Shown: positions 46,402-57,801, counted from the first letter of the stretch. The stretch is 64,000 bases of DNA from Pelagomonas calceolata (GCA_918797485.1 CAKKNE010000001.1:2108001-2172000), one strand, 5' to 3'. Numbers and translations: made by a program. The notes: generated from the sequence alone by a model not told the origin.

Positions 46402-47057
46402 GTTGATTACTCCAGTAGCTTTGTTGGAAGGCTGGTGCCGATGTCAGACCCTCGATATCTGGCGCCAGACACCTTGCAAGGACTTGCTTGGGAGACAGCC
46501 AGGTCATGCCGGCGGGAGCTCCATCATCGAGGCACACGCGCAGTCTGGTCCTCCCTGACTCCCAATTCACGTATAAAAAGCGCCCGATAAGACCAAAGGA
46601 AACAACCCGACGCGTCCGGCACACCGAAACTTCGTCTCGCAGCGTCCCGCGCGCGCGGCGGCGACGGCGCTTGCAAGACGGCTGCCCTTGGCGACGCCCT
46701 CTCGGAGCCACAATTGGCAACATCCACGACCGCGTGTTTGTGCTTTCGACGGTCGCGCATTCAATTCACTGGAGTTCACGACGCGGCGCCCGTCTGCGCT
46801 TCGAGCTGCGCTTCGGTCAGCTCCGTCCCCTCCTGGAAAACAATTGCGCACCTTGTTATACATTTCAACAACCCCAATACACCCGCTCCTCGGCCGCGAT
46901 CAAACCGCTAGCGGCCTGTAAGACACTAGCCCAGCAAGCCCTGGGCCGTGCTGCAGCCCAGAGCACTACATTGCTCGCACGCGAACGCATCGGCACGCGT
47001 GGCCCCCCACGACATCGGTCAAATCAGAAGCGCTGCGAGCGTCTCAAGCCTAATACC

Positions 47058-47801
47058 ATGCGGCTAGCAGCACCACTCTGCTGCCTAGCCACCACAAGTC
47101 GAGCGCTCATCGCACCTGCACGACGCTTGACGCCCCGGAGGATGATGTCGGAGGCGCAAATCCGCCGAACGCTGCTGAGTAGGGCGCTCATGGCACCAGC
47201 ACTGCGACAAAGGACGCGCTTGTACTCGGAGACGCAAATCGACAACCTCGAGCGCAGCTGGAACATCAGCCGCGACCCGGAGCGGAGCGAGCTCTACCAG
47301 GACATACTAGCGACGGCGGCGGCCGCGACCGCCGCCTGCTGGGCGCTCGCGTTGGTCACGCTCGCGCTCTCGCCGCCGCGGCGTACGGCGACGGCGGCCA
47401 AAATAGGCGCCCGCCTCGCCGCGGCGCGCGGCTGGCGCGGCGTCGCCGCGACGTGGCTCGCCGGCGCGAGGTGGGTCGCGGCGCCGCCGCTGGCCGGCGC
47501 CCTGCTGGCGCTCGGCGCGCGCGGCGTCCGGTCGGGCGTCGGCATGCGCACGGAGCGCTGGCACCGGCTCGCGACGGCGCCGCTCGCGATCGCGTTCCTG
47601 CCGCTCGCGGTCGTGCTCTACGTCGACGCGGAGCTCTCCGCGCGGCTCCCGCTGACGTCGAACGAGATGGACGGCGGGAGCTTATTGATGCGCTGCGCGT
47701 TTGGGGCCTGCATCCCCTTCTTCCTGCTCTTCGCCGTCGGCGCGAACGTCGTGAGGGGCGCGCGGCGGCTCGTCCGGCGGCCGTCGCCGCCAAGTGACTA
47801 A
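47058..47801 (+). CDS. Probable plastid-targeted membrane protein
   Basis: Signal/transit leader plus about 4 TM segments. Confidence 0.6.
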   Translation: MRLAAPLCCLATTSRALIAPARRLTPRRMMSEAQIRRTLLSRALMAPALRQRTRLYSETQIDNLERSWNISRDPERSELYQDILATAAAATAACWALALVTLALSPPRRTATAAKIGARLAAARGWRGVAATWLAGARWVAAPPLAGALLALGARGVRSGVGMRTERWHRLATAPLAIAFLPLAVVLYVDAELSARLPLTSNEMDGGSLLMRCAFGACIPFFLLFAVGANVVRGARRLVRRPSPPSD

Positions 47802-47915
47802 TACTAGTAGCTTCCAAGGATATAGCACCGGTGCCGTACAGATAAGGGGAGGGCACTCAGCAAAGAACAGAACAAACACAGGACCATTCTTACACAGCGG
47901 CGAAGAAAGAGGAGG

Positions 47916-49289
47916 CTAGACGAGCGAAGCGTAGGACGGGCGCCGGCAGGCCGGCGCGAACCGCGCCGCGGCGAGCGCCGCGGCGAAGAGCGCCACGATC
48001 AGCAGCCCGACGGCCGTCGTGTGCGCGTCGAGCGCGTCGGCGACGGCGGCGAGCGGCCCGAATGTGGACGGAAAGCACCGCGCCAGGAGGCCGCCCGCCG
48101 TCACGAGCCCGATGCCGAGCGAGGCGGACGCGCTCGCGGCCGTCAGCCCGCAGCCCAGGAGCAGCGCGCCGGCGTCCGCGCCGTCGCCCTTGGCGAGCGC
48201 GAGGAGCACGAGCAATCCGTCGCACGTGTCTACCAAAGCCATGCCCGCGGCGAAGAGCGCCGGCAGCAACATCACGAGGACCGCGGGGACGCCGTCGGCC
48301 GCCCCGGCGCCGCCGAGGGCCGCCAGCGCGAGCAGCCCGACCTCGGACGCCGTGTCGAAGCCCAACCCGAAGAGGAACCCGACGGGGTACATCTTCCACG
48401 CGCTGTCGACGCGGCCCAGCACGTACCGGCAGCAGGCGCAGCCCACGAGGCAGCCGGCGGCCTCGACCCGCACTTCCTCGCCGTCGTCTTCGAGCGATGC
48501 GGCGTGGGCGTGCAGCGGGCCGTGGCCGTGGTCGCCCGCGACACCGCGCCTTGCTGTTCTCCACGCGCGGTACTGCGGCCCGACGGCCGCCAGGTTGATC
48601 GCGCCGATAATGATGAGCGTGATCGACGACACGGCGTCGCCCACGTTCGCGCCGGCCGTCGCTAATGACGCGACGTGCGCTCTCGCGTAGGCCGAGCCCG
48701 TCGAGACCGCCGCGCAGAGCAGCACGACTACCGTCGAGTGGCCCAGCGAGAACCAGAGGCCCACCAGAGCCGCCGGCCGCTGCGCCGCGGAGAGCTTGCG
48801 GGCCACGTTGTCGATGGCGGCGATGTGGTCGCAGTCGACGCCTGTGTGTTCGATCGCGTCACCCCCCACGCCATCGACGCGATATCGGCACAATCGATCT
48901 TTCATCACACACTGGCTCATGCCGTGCCTTAATCCAAAACCGAGCGCGAGCAAGCCGGGGCCCACGAGCGCCGGGTACGTACCGCCGAGCGCGAGGAGCA
49001 TCACGAGCAAGACGCCGAGCGTCAGCGCGACGCCGAGCAATGCAACGCGCGCGACGGCGTGGTTCTGCGCCGCGCCCAGCGGCGCGAACTGCTTGTCATC
49101 CCGCGCGTCGATGACCGACGTCGGCGAGTTTGCATCCTTTCTTCTCGCAGGTTGCGGCGGCGTGCCTTGCGCGGCTGCGGTGCATCGCTGCGGGTGCTGC
49201 GGACGCCACGCATCGTCTTGCGATTGAGTAGCCGCGCTAGCAGCGCTGCTTGATGCATCGACTGCTATTGATGCATAGCCTGTATGCAT
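47916..49289 (-). CDS. High-affinity nickel/cobalt transporter (NiCoT family); intron 48842-48922
   Basis: GLRHG|VDCDHIAAID, GLWFSLGHSTVV, VGFLFGLGFDTASEV signatures; His-rich loop; start uncertain. Confidence 0.9.
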   Translation of the reverse strand: MHTGYASIAVDASSSAASAATQSQDDAWRPQHPQRCTAAAQGTPPQPARRKDANSPTSVIDARDDKQFAPLGAAQNHAVARVALLGVALTLGVLLVMLLALGGTYPALVGPGLLALGFGLRHGMSQCVMKDRLCRYRVDGVGGDAIEHTGVDCDHIAAIDNVARKLSAAQRPAALVGLWFSLGHSTVVVLLCAAVSTGSAYARAHVASLATAGANVGDAVSSITLIIIGAINLAAVGPQYRAWRTARRGVAGDHGHGPLHAHAASLEDDGEEVRVEAAGCLVGCACCRYVLGRVDSAWKMYPVGFLFGLGFDTASEVGLLALAALGGAGAADGVPAVLVMLLPALFAAGMALVDTCDGLLVLLALAKGDGADAGALLLGCGLTAASASASLGIGLVTAGGLLARCFPSTFGPLAAVADALDAHTTAVGLLIVALFAAALAAARFAPACRRPSYASLV

Positions 49290-49503
49290 CGTGACGCGGT
49301 CGTCAAGTTTAAATTGGTGCTCGGCTGCAAGAATGAGCAAAAATGCAAAGCCGACAGCCGCGCTCGGAGCCTATAGCCAGCCCGGCTCGTCGCTGCATCA
49401 CACAGCAATTTGCCCAAGATCGAAGCACACGCCGCAAAGGCCCCACGAGCGCGATCTCCTTTCGTAATCTTACAACGCCTAGGCTCACGAAGTCGAACAC
49501 CAC

Positions 49504-50192
49504 CTACTTCTTCACGCGCCGGATGAAGCCCAGCTCCTCGCCCGTCTTCCGCGGCGTGTCGGCGTTGCGCTTCTGGACCTGCCTCCCCGCCTCGGTCAAG
49601 GCACCGTTCAGGTCCGGTTTTGGCGCCTTCGGGGTGCGCGTGATGAAGCCGGCCTGGGGGTTCTCGAGCTGCCGTTTCAACGGGAACTCCTTCGTCTGTT
49701 GCGGCGCGGGGGGCTTCGAGGGCGCGGGCACGTTCTCGCGGGGCGGTTCCGTTTTGCGGAGCTCCGTGATGGCCTCGTCGAGGTCGCGCGGCCCCGGCGC
49801 CTCCTCGGGCGTCGGCGCCGCGGGCGTCGGCGCCGGCTTCTTGTCGCCCTTGGGCGCCTGCGTGGATTCTGGTTGTGACGTTCTGTATACGTTGTTCTTC
49901 ACGCCATCGAGCCGGCGACGGCGTCTTCATAACTCTTGATTTTTTGACGCGGACGACGCGCCTTGGGCGCCGCGGCGGCCTTTTTGCCGCCACTCTTCTT
50001 GGCTTCCCGCGCCGCCGCCATGTCTTGCAACCGGCCAGCGTTGGCGGCTTCCGGCAGTGCTACAAGCGGTCCCGCAAGGGAAAGCCCGGCGATGCCGCTC
50101 TTTGCGAGCAGCGCTCTCCTGGTCTGAGGCGGCCTCTGCGGCGCGGGCGCCAGCGCCAGCGCACAGCTCAGCGTCGCGACAGCGAGCTTCAT
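49504..50192 (-). CDS. Probable thylakoid-lumen-targeted protein, one intron
   Basis: Signal peptide, TRRALL twin-Arg, hydrophobic stretch ending ANA. Confidence 0.6.
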
Positions 50193-50616
50193 GGTCGTAC
50201 CTTCTGGGGCCGATTTCTTGCCCAGATCACACGCTAATTGCGCTCAGACCAGCTATCAATAGATTTGCTGCCGAGTGCTCTCTCCCCACGGCAACGGCAC
50301 GCTCCAAAGGTTCCTCAGTAAAACAGGCCTCTTTGCACGATTTCCGCCGCATGCGTCGCAACGGGACGGATCGTGGCCGTGCCGCGGTGATCTAATTCGC
50401 GCCGGTTGAAGCGTCGCGGTCGGTCCCGCGAGTGAAGGCGTACTGTCCCTAAGCGTACTGCCTGCGCTAAAGACCTCCGTCGACCTCCACGCCATCGAAC
50501 AGATGCAGTTGCGGGATGAATGGTGTCGCATTGATACATCGCGGCGATAGCGGGCAGACAACCGCGCGAGGACAGAGAAGTATAAAATCTTAGTGTTTTG
50601 TCGCGAAGCGCGCGGT

Positions 50617-51615
50617 TTACTTCGTCGCCGCGTTGGCCGTCGAGATGACGAGCGGCTCGACGGCCTTGCCGGCGGCGGCCATCTTGATCGCCTCGCCCGA
50701 CTTCGAGAAGACGGCCTCGGCGGCGGGCACGAGCGTGGCGATGGAGGACCGCGTGGCCTGGGCGCCGGCGGTCTTGACGGCGGAGACGAGGGCCGCGCCC
50801 TCGGCCTTGGGCATGGAGAACGTGAGCTCGGCCTGCGCGACCCAGAGCTTCTCGGAGGCCTCGACGGAGCCGGGCAGGCAGATGCCGTTCTTGCCGACGG
50901 GCACGGCGGAGTTGGCCGGCTTGAACTTCTTCTGGAGGTCGTCGATCTTCGACGAGGGCACGGACTTGACGGCGGCGCTGTTCTGGAGCTTCTGCGCGAA
51001 GGCCTCGGAGCCGCCAAGAGTGACCTGTGTGGAATCAACCAGTGTGTCGGGTGCATTAAGTCATTTCGCGGCGATGGTGCGGCCGTGCTGGCTCCGTCGA
51101 GCGGTGAGGAACCGGCATCGCCACGCCATCGAGCAGGCGTCGCGTCGATGGCGAACGCACAGTAAAATTTTGATTTCCACACAAGAACTGACGCACGACG
51201 AGGGGGAAACGCCCTTGTAGACGACCTGCTTGAGCACGCCGGCGTACTCGGAGACCTTGCCGTCGGGGATGGCGAGGAGGCCGTCGACGGCCTTGTTCAC
51301 GACCGCGGACGCGTCCGCGGGCTTGACCTTGGCGTCGATGAACTCGATGAACTTGTCCGCGAGGGCGCCGGCGTCCGTGATCGAGTTGACGACGGGGTAG
51401 GACGCCGCGCCGAAGGCCGCGAGCTTCTCCTCGAGGGGCGTGCCGAGGACGAGCGAGTCGGCGGCGAGGGCCGGGGCGACGGGGAGCGCCGCCGCGACGG
51501 CGAGGACGCCGGCCGCGAGCTGCTTGCTCGCCGCCTTGACCTGGGCCTTGGCGCGCGGGTTGAACGCGGCGGCGGAGCCGAGGCAGAGCGCGACGAGGGC
51601 CTTCTTGAGCGCCAT
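50617..51615 (-). CDS. Peridinin-chlorophyll-protein (PCP)-like lumenal protein; introner intron 51025-51192
   Basis: Tripartite leader (AAA-F...ALA); LAAFGAASYPVV and following helices resemble PCP (LGDASYAF). Confidence 0.6.
51025..51184. mobile_element. Introner element of the 31651/40860 family, opposite orientation, internally deleted
   Basis: CTGTGTGGAATCAACCAG...TTTTGATTTCCACACAA; diverged TSD AGAGTGAC / GAACTGAC. Confidence 0.85.
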
Positions 51616-52414
51616 TTTAGTTATACCTGCGGCGGATGCGCGCGGTTTTGCACTTCCTGTTCGCGCGACGACGACGACAACGAGAGCGTTTATGTTTGAG
51701 TTTGCGCGACGACGACGACGAGGCGGGCGTGCAGGGGTTGAGTTTATTGCAACACTTCCAGCGCGCGCGCGGCGACGCGAGGCGCGCGCGCCATGAAACA
51801 AGTTGCAACGCGCAATTGTTTGCACGAAGCAGCGAGTGGCGCGCGCGCCGGCGTCTCGGTGCTGGAGGAGCTGTTTTGAACGCGGCCGCGCGATCCGTGT
51901 GGTTTGCAGCGAGTTTTGCTTTGGCAGCGTGCTTTTTGCATGGATTTTGCGCGCTTTCGCCGCGCGCGCGCGACGGATTGGGTAGCGTCGCGTGTGATAC
52001 ATGGCCGGACGCTGCTATGCACTGCGGTAAACTATGCGGATCCGATCTAGTTGTGCTTTTAGTTTGGCTCCTCTCTTTGCGGCGCGAGCACGAGTAAAAA
52101 CAACGTCAAAAGTGGGAGTGCCGTACAGCAGCGGTGCGGCTTCGTACAGGTCTGCTCGCGACCGCGGGACCAGTGGTCGCGGTGTGCATCCAGGCGGCGG
52201 AACGTGGGCGTCCGTCGGGCGCGCGGATGTAAATTGGGACGTGAGCTCTCTGAGGCGTCCCTCGGCGGGTGTTTCTTAGGAAAGTAGGGTGTTTGGAGAC
52301 ATCTGATTTTGACTCGCGAAGACCCTAATGCACGCTTTCACACGAGCCTCGTCGTCTAAATGCCCCCCACTGTCTTTGTCAGGACTCAGTCGTGCCAGCG
52401 CAGACTCCAAAACG

Positions 52415-53094
52415 ATGCGCGCCGTCATTGCTTTCCTCGCTCTCAGCGGCGCTGCTGCGTTCGCGCCTGCGCCCGCGCAGCGCAGCGCCACGGCTTTGAA
52501 CGCGCAAAAACCAGCGTAAAAATCACCACGTAAGGCGCATGCTGCCTCGAAACCGCGCCGGCGGCCGCGGCCGAGCCGCGCAGCAGCACGCAGTAGCCGT
52601 TCGCGCCTTCTTGCACGCCTGAAAAGTCATGCATGCAAGTAGTGTACACCCGCGGCGTATCCGCGCCCGGCCGGCTGCGTACCAGCCCACCACTACACTG
52701 TTTCGCAACGCGCTGTTAGAACCCGCGACACGCGCCACGCCGCCGCGCCGCCGCCGCTACGTCGTCGCGCCGCCGGTCACGCGAAACCCTTCACAGGTAC
52801 GTCCCCGACGGCCTCTCGGCCGCCCAGTGGAAGAAGATGCAGGCCGACAAGAAGAAGAACGCCGCCGCCAACAAGCTCAAGTACCCCAAGGGCGCGGCCC
52901 AGGTCGTCGGCGTCAAGGAGTACCTCGAGGACCTCGCGAAGAAGCAGACATTCTTCCGCGACGCCGCCGGCAACAGCCGCGTCTCCGACACGGGCCACAA
53001 GTGGGCCAAGGTCAAGTTCGGCGAGTTCACGAAGGAGGCCTACGACGAGTGGCGCGCCAAGGGCGGCAAGAAGCTGCCGAACCAGATGTACTGA
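52415..53094 (+). CDS. Small basic plastid-targeted protein (paralog of 43125-44017); 1 intron ending 52797
   Basis: MRAVIAFLALSGAAA-FAP; YVPDGLSAAQW...KYPKG...AKVKFGEFTKEAYDEW. Confidence 0.75.
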
Positions 53095-53124
53095 GCGCCC
53101 GGTGCGCGCGGCGCCCCCTCACTT

Positions 53125-53673
53125 ATGACCTGTCTAACATATGAATCCTTCACGAATCGACGGAGCGCGTCTCGAAGCGCGGCGCGCGGGTGGGGGAGCG
53201 AATCCACGAAGCGCATCTCGAAGCGCGGCGCGCGGGCGGGGGAGACGCGCGCCCGCCACAATTTGCCGCGACGGCGTGCTGGTGGGGTAGGACTACTCCC
53301 GCGCCGACGCCGTCGTCGCCGCAGCGGCGATGGGGGGGAGTTCGCCGTTCCGTTCGCGCCGACGGCGCCTGCGCAGCCCGCGACTCACGACGGCGGCTTC
53401 AATCTCCTGCAGAGCATCGTCGTCCGCGACCTAGACCCACACCTCCCGGTCAACAACAATTTAGACAACCCGGTCAACGCCCTTGGCGAGACGTTATCCG
53501 TCGTGTGGGTCCACAGCGGCACGGGCGTCCTGTGCTGCAGTTGCCCCGACTTCTATTGGATGGGCGACCCGACCAACCCCGGATCGCACCACGCGTGCAA
53601 GCACATCATGTGCGTGCAGTGCGGCTCGGGCCCGAGCGGTGTCTATGCCAACGCGGCGCAAGCGATGATGTAA
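53125..53673 (+). CDS. Small SWIM-type Zn-finger protein or fragment
   Basis: CSCPDF...HACKHIMCV; true start unclear. Confidence 0.4.
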   Translation: MTCLTYESFTNRRSASRSAARGWGSESTKRISKRGARAGETRARHNLPRRRAGGVGLLPRRRRRRRSGDGGEFAVPFAPTAPAQPATHDGGFNLLQSIVVRDLDPHLPVNNNLDNPVNALGETLSVVWVHSGTGVLCCSCPDFYWMGDPTNPGSHHACKHIMCVQCGSGPSGVYANAAQAMM

Positions 53674-53954
53674 TAGGTTTATCAGTAATTATCAGAATAA
53701 ATATTTACCAAATCTTGACCCGGTGGGGCCCGCGTCCGGCGGTGTCCCAGCCTGCCGCCGCCGCGCCTTCCAGCGCCCGGCCTCGCCCAGCATCCGCTGC
53801 ATTGCGTTGACTCGCCGGAAAAGCGCCGATCCCTTGCGCAAACAGCGGGAAGGTCATATCATCCACAATTGACCTCTACTCTAGCACAGATAAAATAAGC
53901 GAACGCGAATAAGCATCAATCCCAGCAAACATCCCGGCAAACAACAAATTAAGT

Positions 53955-55535
53955 TTAAGCCCGCCGCTCGCGCACACTACAAGTCGTCGAGTCCCCCAAA
54001 TTCAGCGTGAGGTCGTACTTGTACCGCAGCGGCCCCGACCGGTCGAAGCGCAGCGAGAAGCCCCTCAATATCTTCGCCACGCCCACGACGGCCTCCGTCA
54101 GGCCGAGGCGCGTCCCGAGGCAGCCGCGCGGCCCGGCGCCGAACGGCAAAAAGGAGAACGACGAATCCGCGCCGCCCCGCTCCGAGTCGAGCCAGCGCTC
54201 GGGCCGGAACTCGTCCGCGTCAACACCCCAGCGCCCGGGGTCGCGGCCGAGGGCGTACGGCGAAAAGCACGCGACGGCGCCCTCGGGCGCGGGCGTCCCG
54301 AGCACGTCGCAAGCCGAGAGCGCCGTCCGGCCGACGAAGGGCACCGGCGGGTACAGCCGCAGCGTCTCGCGCGCGACGGCGACGTGGTAGGGCAGCGCGT
54401 CGCGGACCTCCTCCAATCTCAAACCCTCCAGATCCGCGCGCCGCGCCTCGTCGACGGCGCGTTCCAGGAGCCGCGCGTGCCGCGGCTCGTGGAGAATATA
54501 CAAGGACGCGGCGAGCGTCGACGCCGTCGTGTCGCTCCCGGCGATGACCAAGTCAAAAAGAATGTAGAGGATGTCGTCGTCGTCCAGCGTCCCGTCCCGC
54601 AGCAACTGCGAGAGGAGGTCCGGCGCGTCGGCGGCGGCGTCGCGCCGTCGCGCTTCAATCAGCTCCTTCACCAGCCGCCGGAGCCGCGGGAGCAGCTCCT
54701 CGGTCACCCGGACATAATTCTTGCTCAGCGGCGGGTAGAGCTGGTACAGGGGCGGCACCTCGTTCGCCGTCGCGACGATGGCCTCCAAATAGGACGCGAT
54801 GGCATCGCTCAGCTCCGCGTCGGCGTCGTCTGGCTCGAGGCCGAACGTGACGCGCAGGACCACCCTCAATGTTAAAGTCCGCGTCTCGGCGTAGAGGTCT
54901 AATCTATTCAAACACCGCCAACGCGCGGCCAGGGCGTCGCTCTCTAGACTAATCGCTTGGAGGAACGACGCCATCGCCGCGCCCCGCTCGAACGCCGGAG
55001 TGCAGAGCCGCTTTTGGCGTTTATGCCGTGAGCCTTGCTCGTAGACGATGCCGCGGTCCAGCGCCAACGTCTCGAATAGGGGCACGCTGAATCGGCGCGG
55101 CCACTCGTCGGCCGCCTCGACGCACACGTGCTTGACCGATTCGGGCGACAGCAGGAAGTAAAAGTCGCCGGCCGGGCCCAGCGGCACGCGGACGCAGCCG
55201 TCGTAGCCCTTCGCGCGCAGCGAGAGCATGTACTGCCACGGGGACCCGTCGAGCGCGATGCCGGCCAGAGCGTCGAGGAAGCCGGGACCCTTCGGTTGAA
55301 TTGCTGTCGATGGGTCGGTGGCGAGGCCGAAGCGGCGCGTCGATGGCGTTGCCGACCGCCAGCCGGACGGAGCCGCCGCGACCGGCCATCGCCGCGCTGG
55401 ACTCGACCAGCACGGCGCCGCCGTTGCTCGCCTTCGACGTCCCGCGAGTGCGCCATACCAATGCGAGTACTGGAGTGCTGCCACAGGAAGCAAGAAGAGC
55501 AGCACACAGCTGCCGGCGCGGCCGCAGCGAAACAT
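53955..55535 (-). CDS. Cytochrome P450 (5' structure uncertain, probable intron near 55300-55400)
   Basis: AGSDTT, ETLRLYPP, FRPERW, FGAGPRGCLG heme motif. Confidence 0.9.
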   Translation of the reverse strand: MFRCGRAGSCVLLFLLPVAALQYSHWYGALAGRRRRATAAPCWSSPARRWPVAAAPSGWRSATPSTRRFGLATDPSTAIQPKGPGFLDALAGIALDGSPWQYMLSLRAKGYDGCVRVPLGPAGDFYFLLSPESVKHVCVEAADEWPRRFSVPLFETLALDRGIVYEQGSRHKRQKRLCTPAFERGAAMASFLQAISLESDALAARWRCLNRLDLYAETRTLTLRVVLRVTFGLEPDDADAELSDAIASYLEAIVATANEVPPLYQLYPPLSKNYVRVTEELLPRLRRLVKELIEARRRDAAADAPDLLSQLLRDGTLDDDDILYILFDLVIAGSDTTASTLAASLYILHEPRHARLLERAVDEARRADLEGLRLEEVRDALPYHVAVARETLRLYPPVPFVGRTALSACDVLGTPAPEGAVACFSPYALGRDPGRWGVDADEFRPERWLDSERGGADSSFSFLPFGAGPRGCLGTRLGLTEAVVGVAKILRGFSLRFDRSGPLRYKYDLTLNLGDSTTCSVRERRA

Positions 55536-56108
55536 CCCAGCCAAGGCGACGTGGAGAACAGACCGACGCGAGCCGTAACGGCACGAAGTGTGCTCAATCC
55601 CGTGCCGCCGGGCAGCCTGCCGGGGGCCCCACTCCCTTCTTGGCTTTTGGAGGCCAAAGCCCCGCACGACCGACCGCACGCGTGCGAGGGCGTCCCCGGG
55701 GGCTGCGAGTCGTCGGGCGTCGCCCGCCGCTCCGATCCAAAAGGACGCTTCGGGCAGGGACCACCCATCGCTCGCCAGCCGCTCCCGGGGCGGGCCGCCG
55801 CGGACCTGACGCGCTTTAGGCCGCGTCCGCGCCTCCGGGGGCCTTGACACACGGCAACATGAGCCAGAGCACGAGGTCCCTCGCGCCAGGCTTCGTCAAT
55901 TGGCCTCTCTAGGCCATCCTGATACAGCTCAAGCCGACGTCGGTGCGTCCCGCGCGCCCCTCCGCCCCCCCCGCAGCCCCGCTCAGCTCCTTCCCGGCTC
56001 CGGCGACGCGCCCGGCACGGGCAGCCGGAAAAGGCATCCACCTCGTCGGCCCCAAAAAAGCGCAAGACAGGCGCGCCACCCACCGCCGCGGCGCAGGCTT
56101 TCGCAGAG

Positions 56109-56761
56109 ATGAAGGTCATTCTGTACCTCGCGGCGGGGGCCGCGGCCTTCTCCTTCGGCGCGAAGAAGGGGGCCAAGTCCGCGCCGAAGCCGTCGGCCGG
56201 CCGTCAGGTGGCCAAGGGCGGCCAGACGGCGTCGACCATCGTCGTGCCCGACACGCTCAAGCCCTTCGCGGGCTTCGGCAACCCCACCATCGTCGCGCAG
56301 CGCGCGGCGGAGCGCGAGGCGAAGAAGGAGGAGACGCTGTCGAAGCTCATCCCGACGTCCGCGGCGCAGTGTCAGGAGCGTCAGGGTGTTCGCGTAACGT
56401 CTCGATTCGACGCAGGCCGGGCCGCTTCCTCTTCGCGTTCGGCCGGCCGGACGTGCTTGCGGCGCGCCGCGCGGAGCGCTGCGCCAAGTGGGAGTGGAGC
56501 GAGGAGTTCCTGAACAAGGCGCGCCCCGACAAGTTCGGCGTCGGCAACTACGGCGCCGGCGACCTCTACGACGACGGCCTGACGCGCCTCGAGCGCAACC
56601 AGATGGTCTCGGGCCGCGAGGGCTTCCTCACGGGCGCCGCGAAGCTGCGCTACCGGCGCATCACGGGCCAGATCGAGGACGCCGACGCCTCGGGCCTCTC
56701 CGCGGAGATGCAGAACTCGGCGGGCAAGGGCAACTCCTACATCGACGTGGAGTACCGCTAG
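56109..56761 (+). CDS. Plastid-targeted hypothetical protein, one short intron (~56366-56415)
   Basis: MKVILYLAAGAAA-FSF leader; frame switch at GACGCAG acceptor. Confidence 0.65.
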
Positions 56762-57801
56762 GGGTTCGCGTAGTCGCCGGGGGGAGTAGGCGTGCGTAGT
56801 CTACCCTAGTTTTGGCGACGGCGCCTCCCGCGTGCGCGCATCTCGAGCCGCACGCGCGGCTCGCCGTGTGTGTCGCACGATCGCGCCGACGACGCGCCGA
56901 CGACACCATCGGACGCGCCGACGACGCAAGCCCGACAAACACGTTTGCCGCGAGATGTCACACAAATACTCTTAAGCTGCGACGCGCGCGCGGGGTCTTG
57001 GGGCGCGCGGCGCCCGGACTAAAATCGCCGCGGCGACGTGTCATGAATTAGTGGTAGGCGGCGAGGTGCTGGGGCCACGTCCGGCGCGAGACGGCGAGGA
57101 CCGCCTCGAGGTCGATGGTTGTCGCGCGGCCGAGGCGCCGGTCGTCGTCGCCCGCGAAGATGAGGCTCAGGAACGAGCGGCCCAGGGCCTGGGCGCCGAA
57201 CTTGTTCATTGGCTGTTGCTGGCGCTAGGGCACCAAATCCGGGTCGTTTGGCGCCGCGTTTTGGGGTGTGGCGCAAGAATGCCGCGTGAGGCGTCCTCGA
57301 CCAGGGGTTCGGCAGCAATGCGGGCGCGAGGTGGACGCCTGGGGCAGCTTTTGGTCGATCTGTTGCAAAAAAATGGGGTGACTGGATTGGCTTCGCCGCG
57401 CGTGCCCCGCGCGGACGGTGATTTTGCAGGTCCAGACCCGTCGGAGGAGCCGCTCCCGACGCGGGCACGCCTCGCGGCGGCGGCGAGGTCGGCCCGGACG
57501 GTGCGCGTCGCGGCGGCGGTGGCCGCGCGGAGGCTCCGCAGCTGTGCGCGCCACGAGGCATCCGCATCCTCCTTGGAATTGTAGAGGACGTGCCGGCATC
57601 TCGCCGTCCGAACCGCTCAGCTCCGTTGACGCGTGCCCCTGCAGAGGCGCAGATTGGCAGACCGCTATCGAGCAGCTGCGCCCGTTCAATTGGCAAGCCG
57701 GAAACGGCGTCAGACCGCGTCTAGGTCCAGTGCTTCAGCGGCGGCTTCAAACCAGAAAAAGCGGCGAGTCCAAAAGCGCAAGCAGCTCTCACAAAATCAA
57801 G

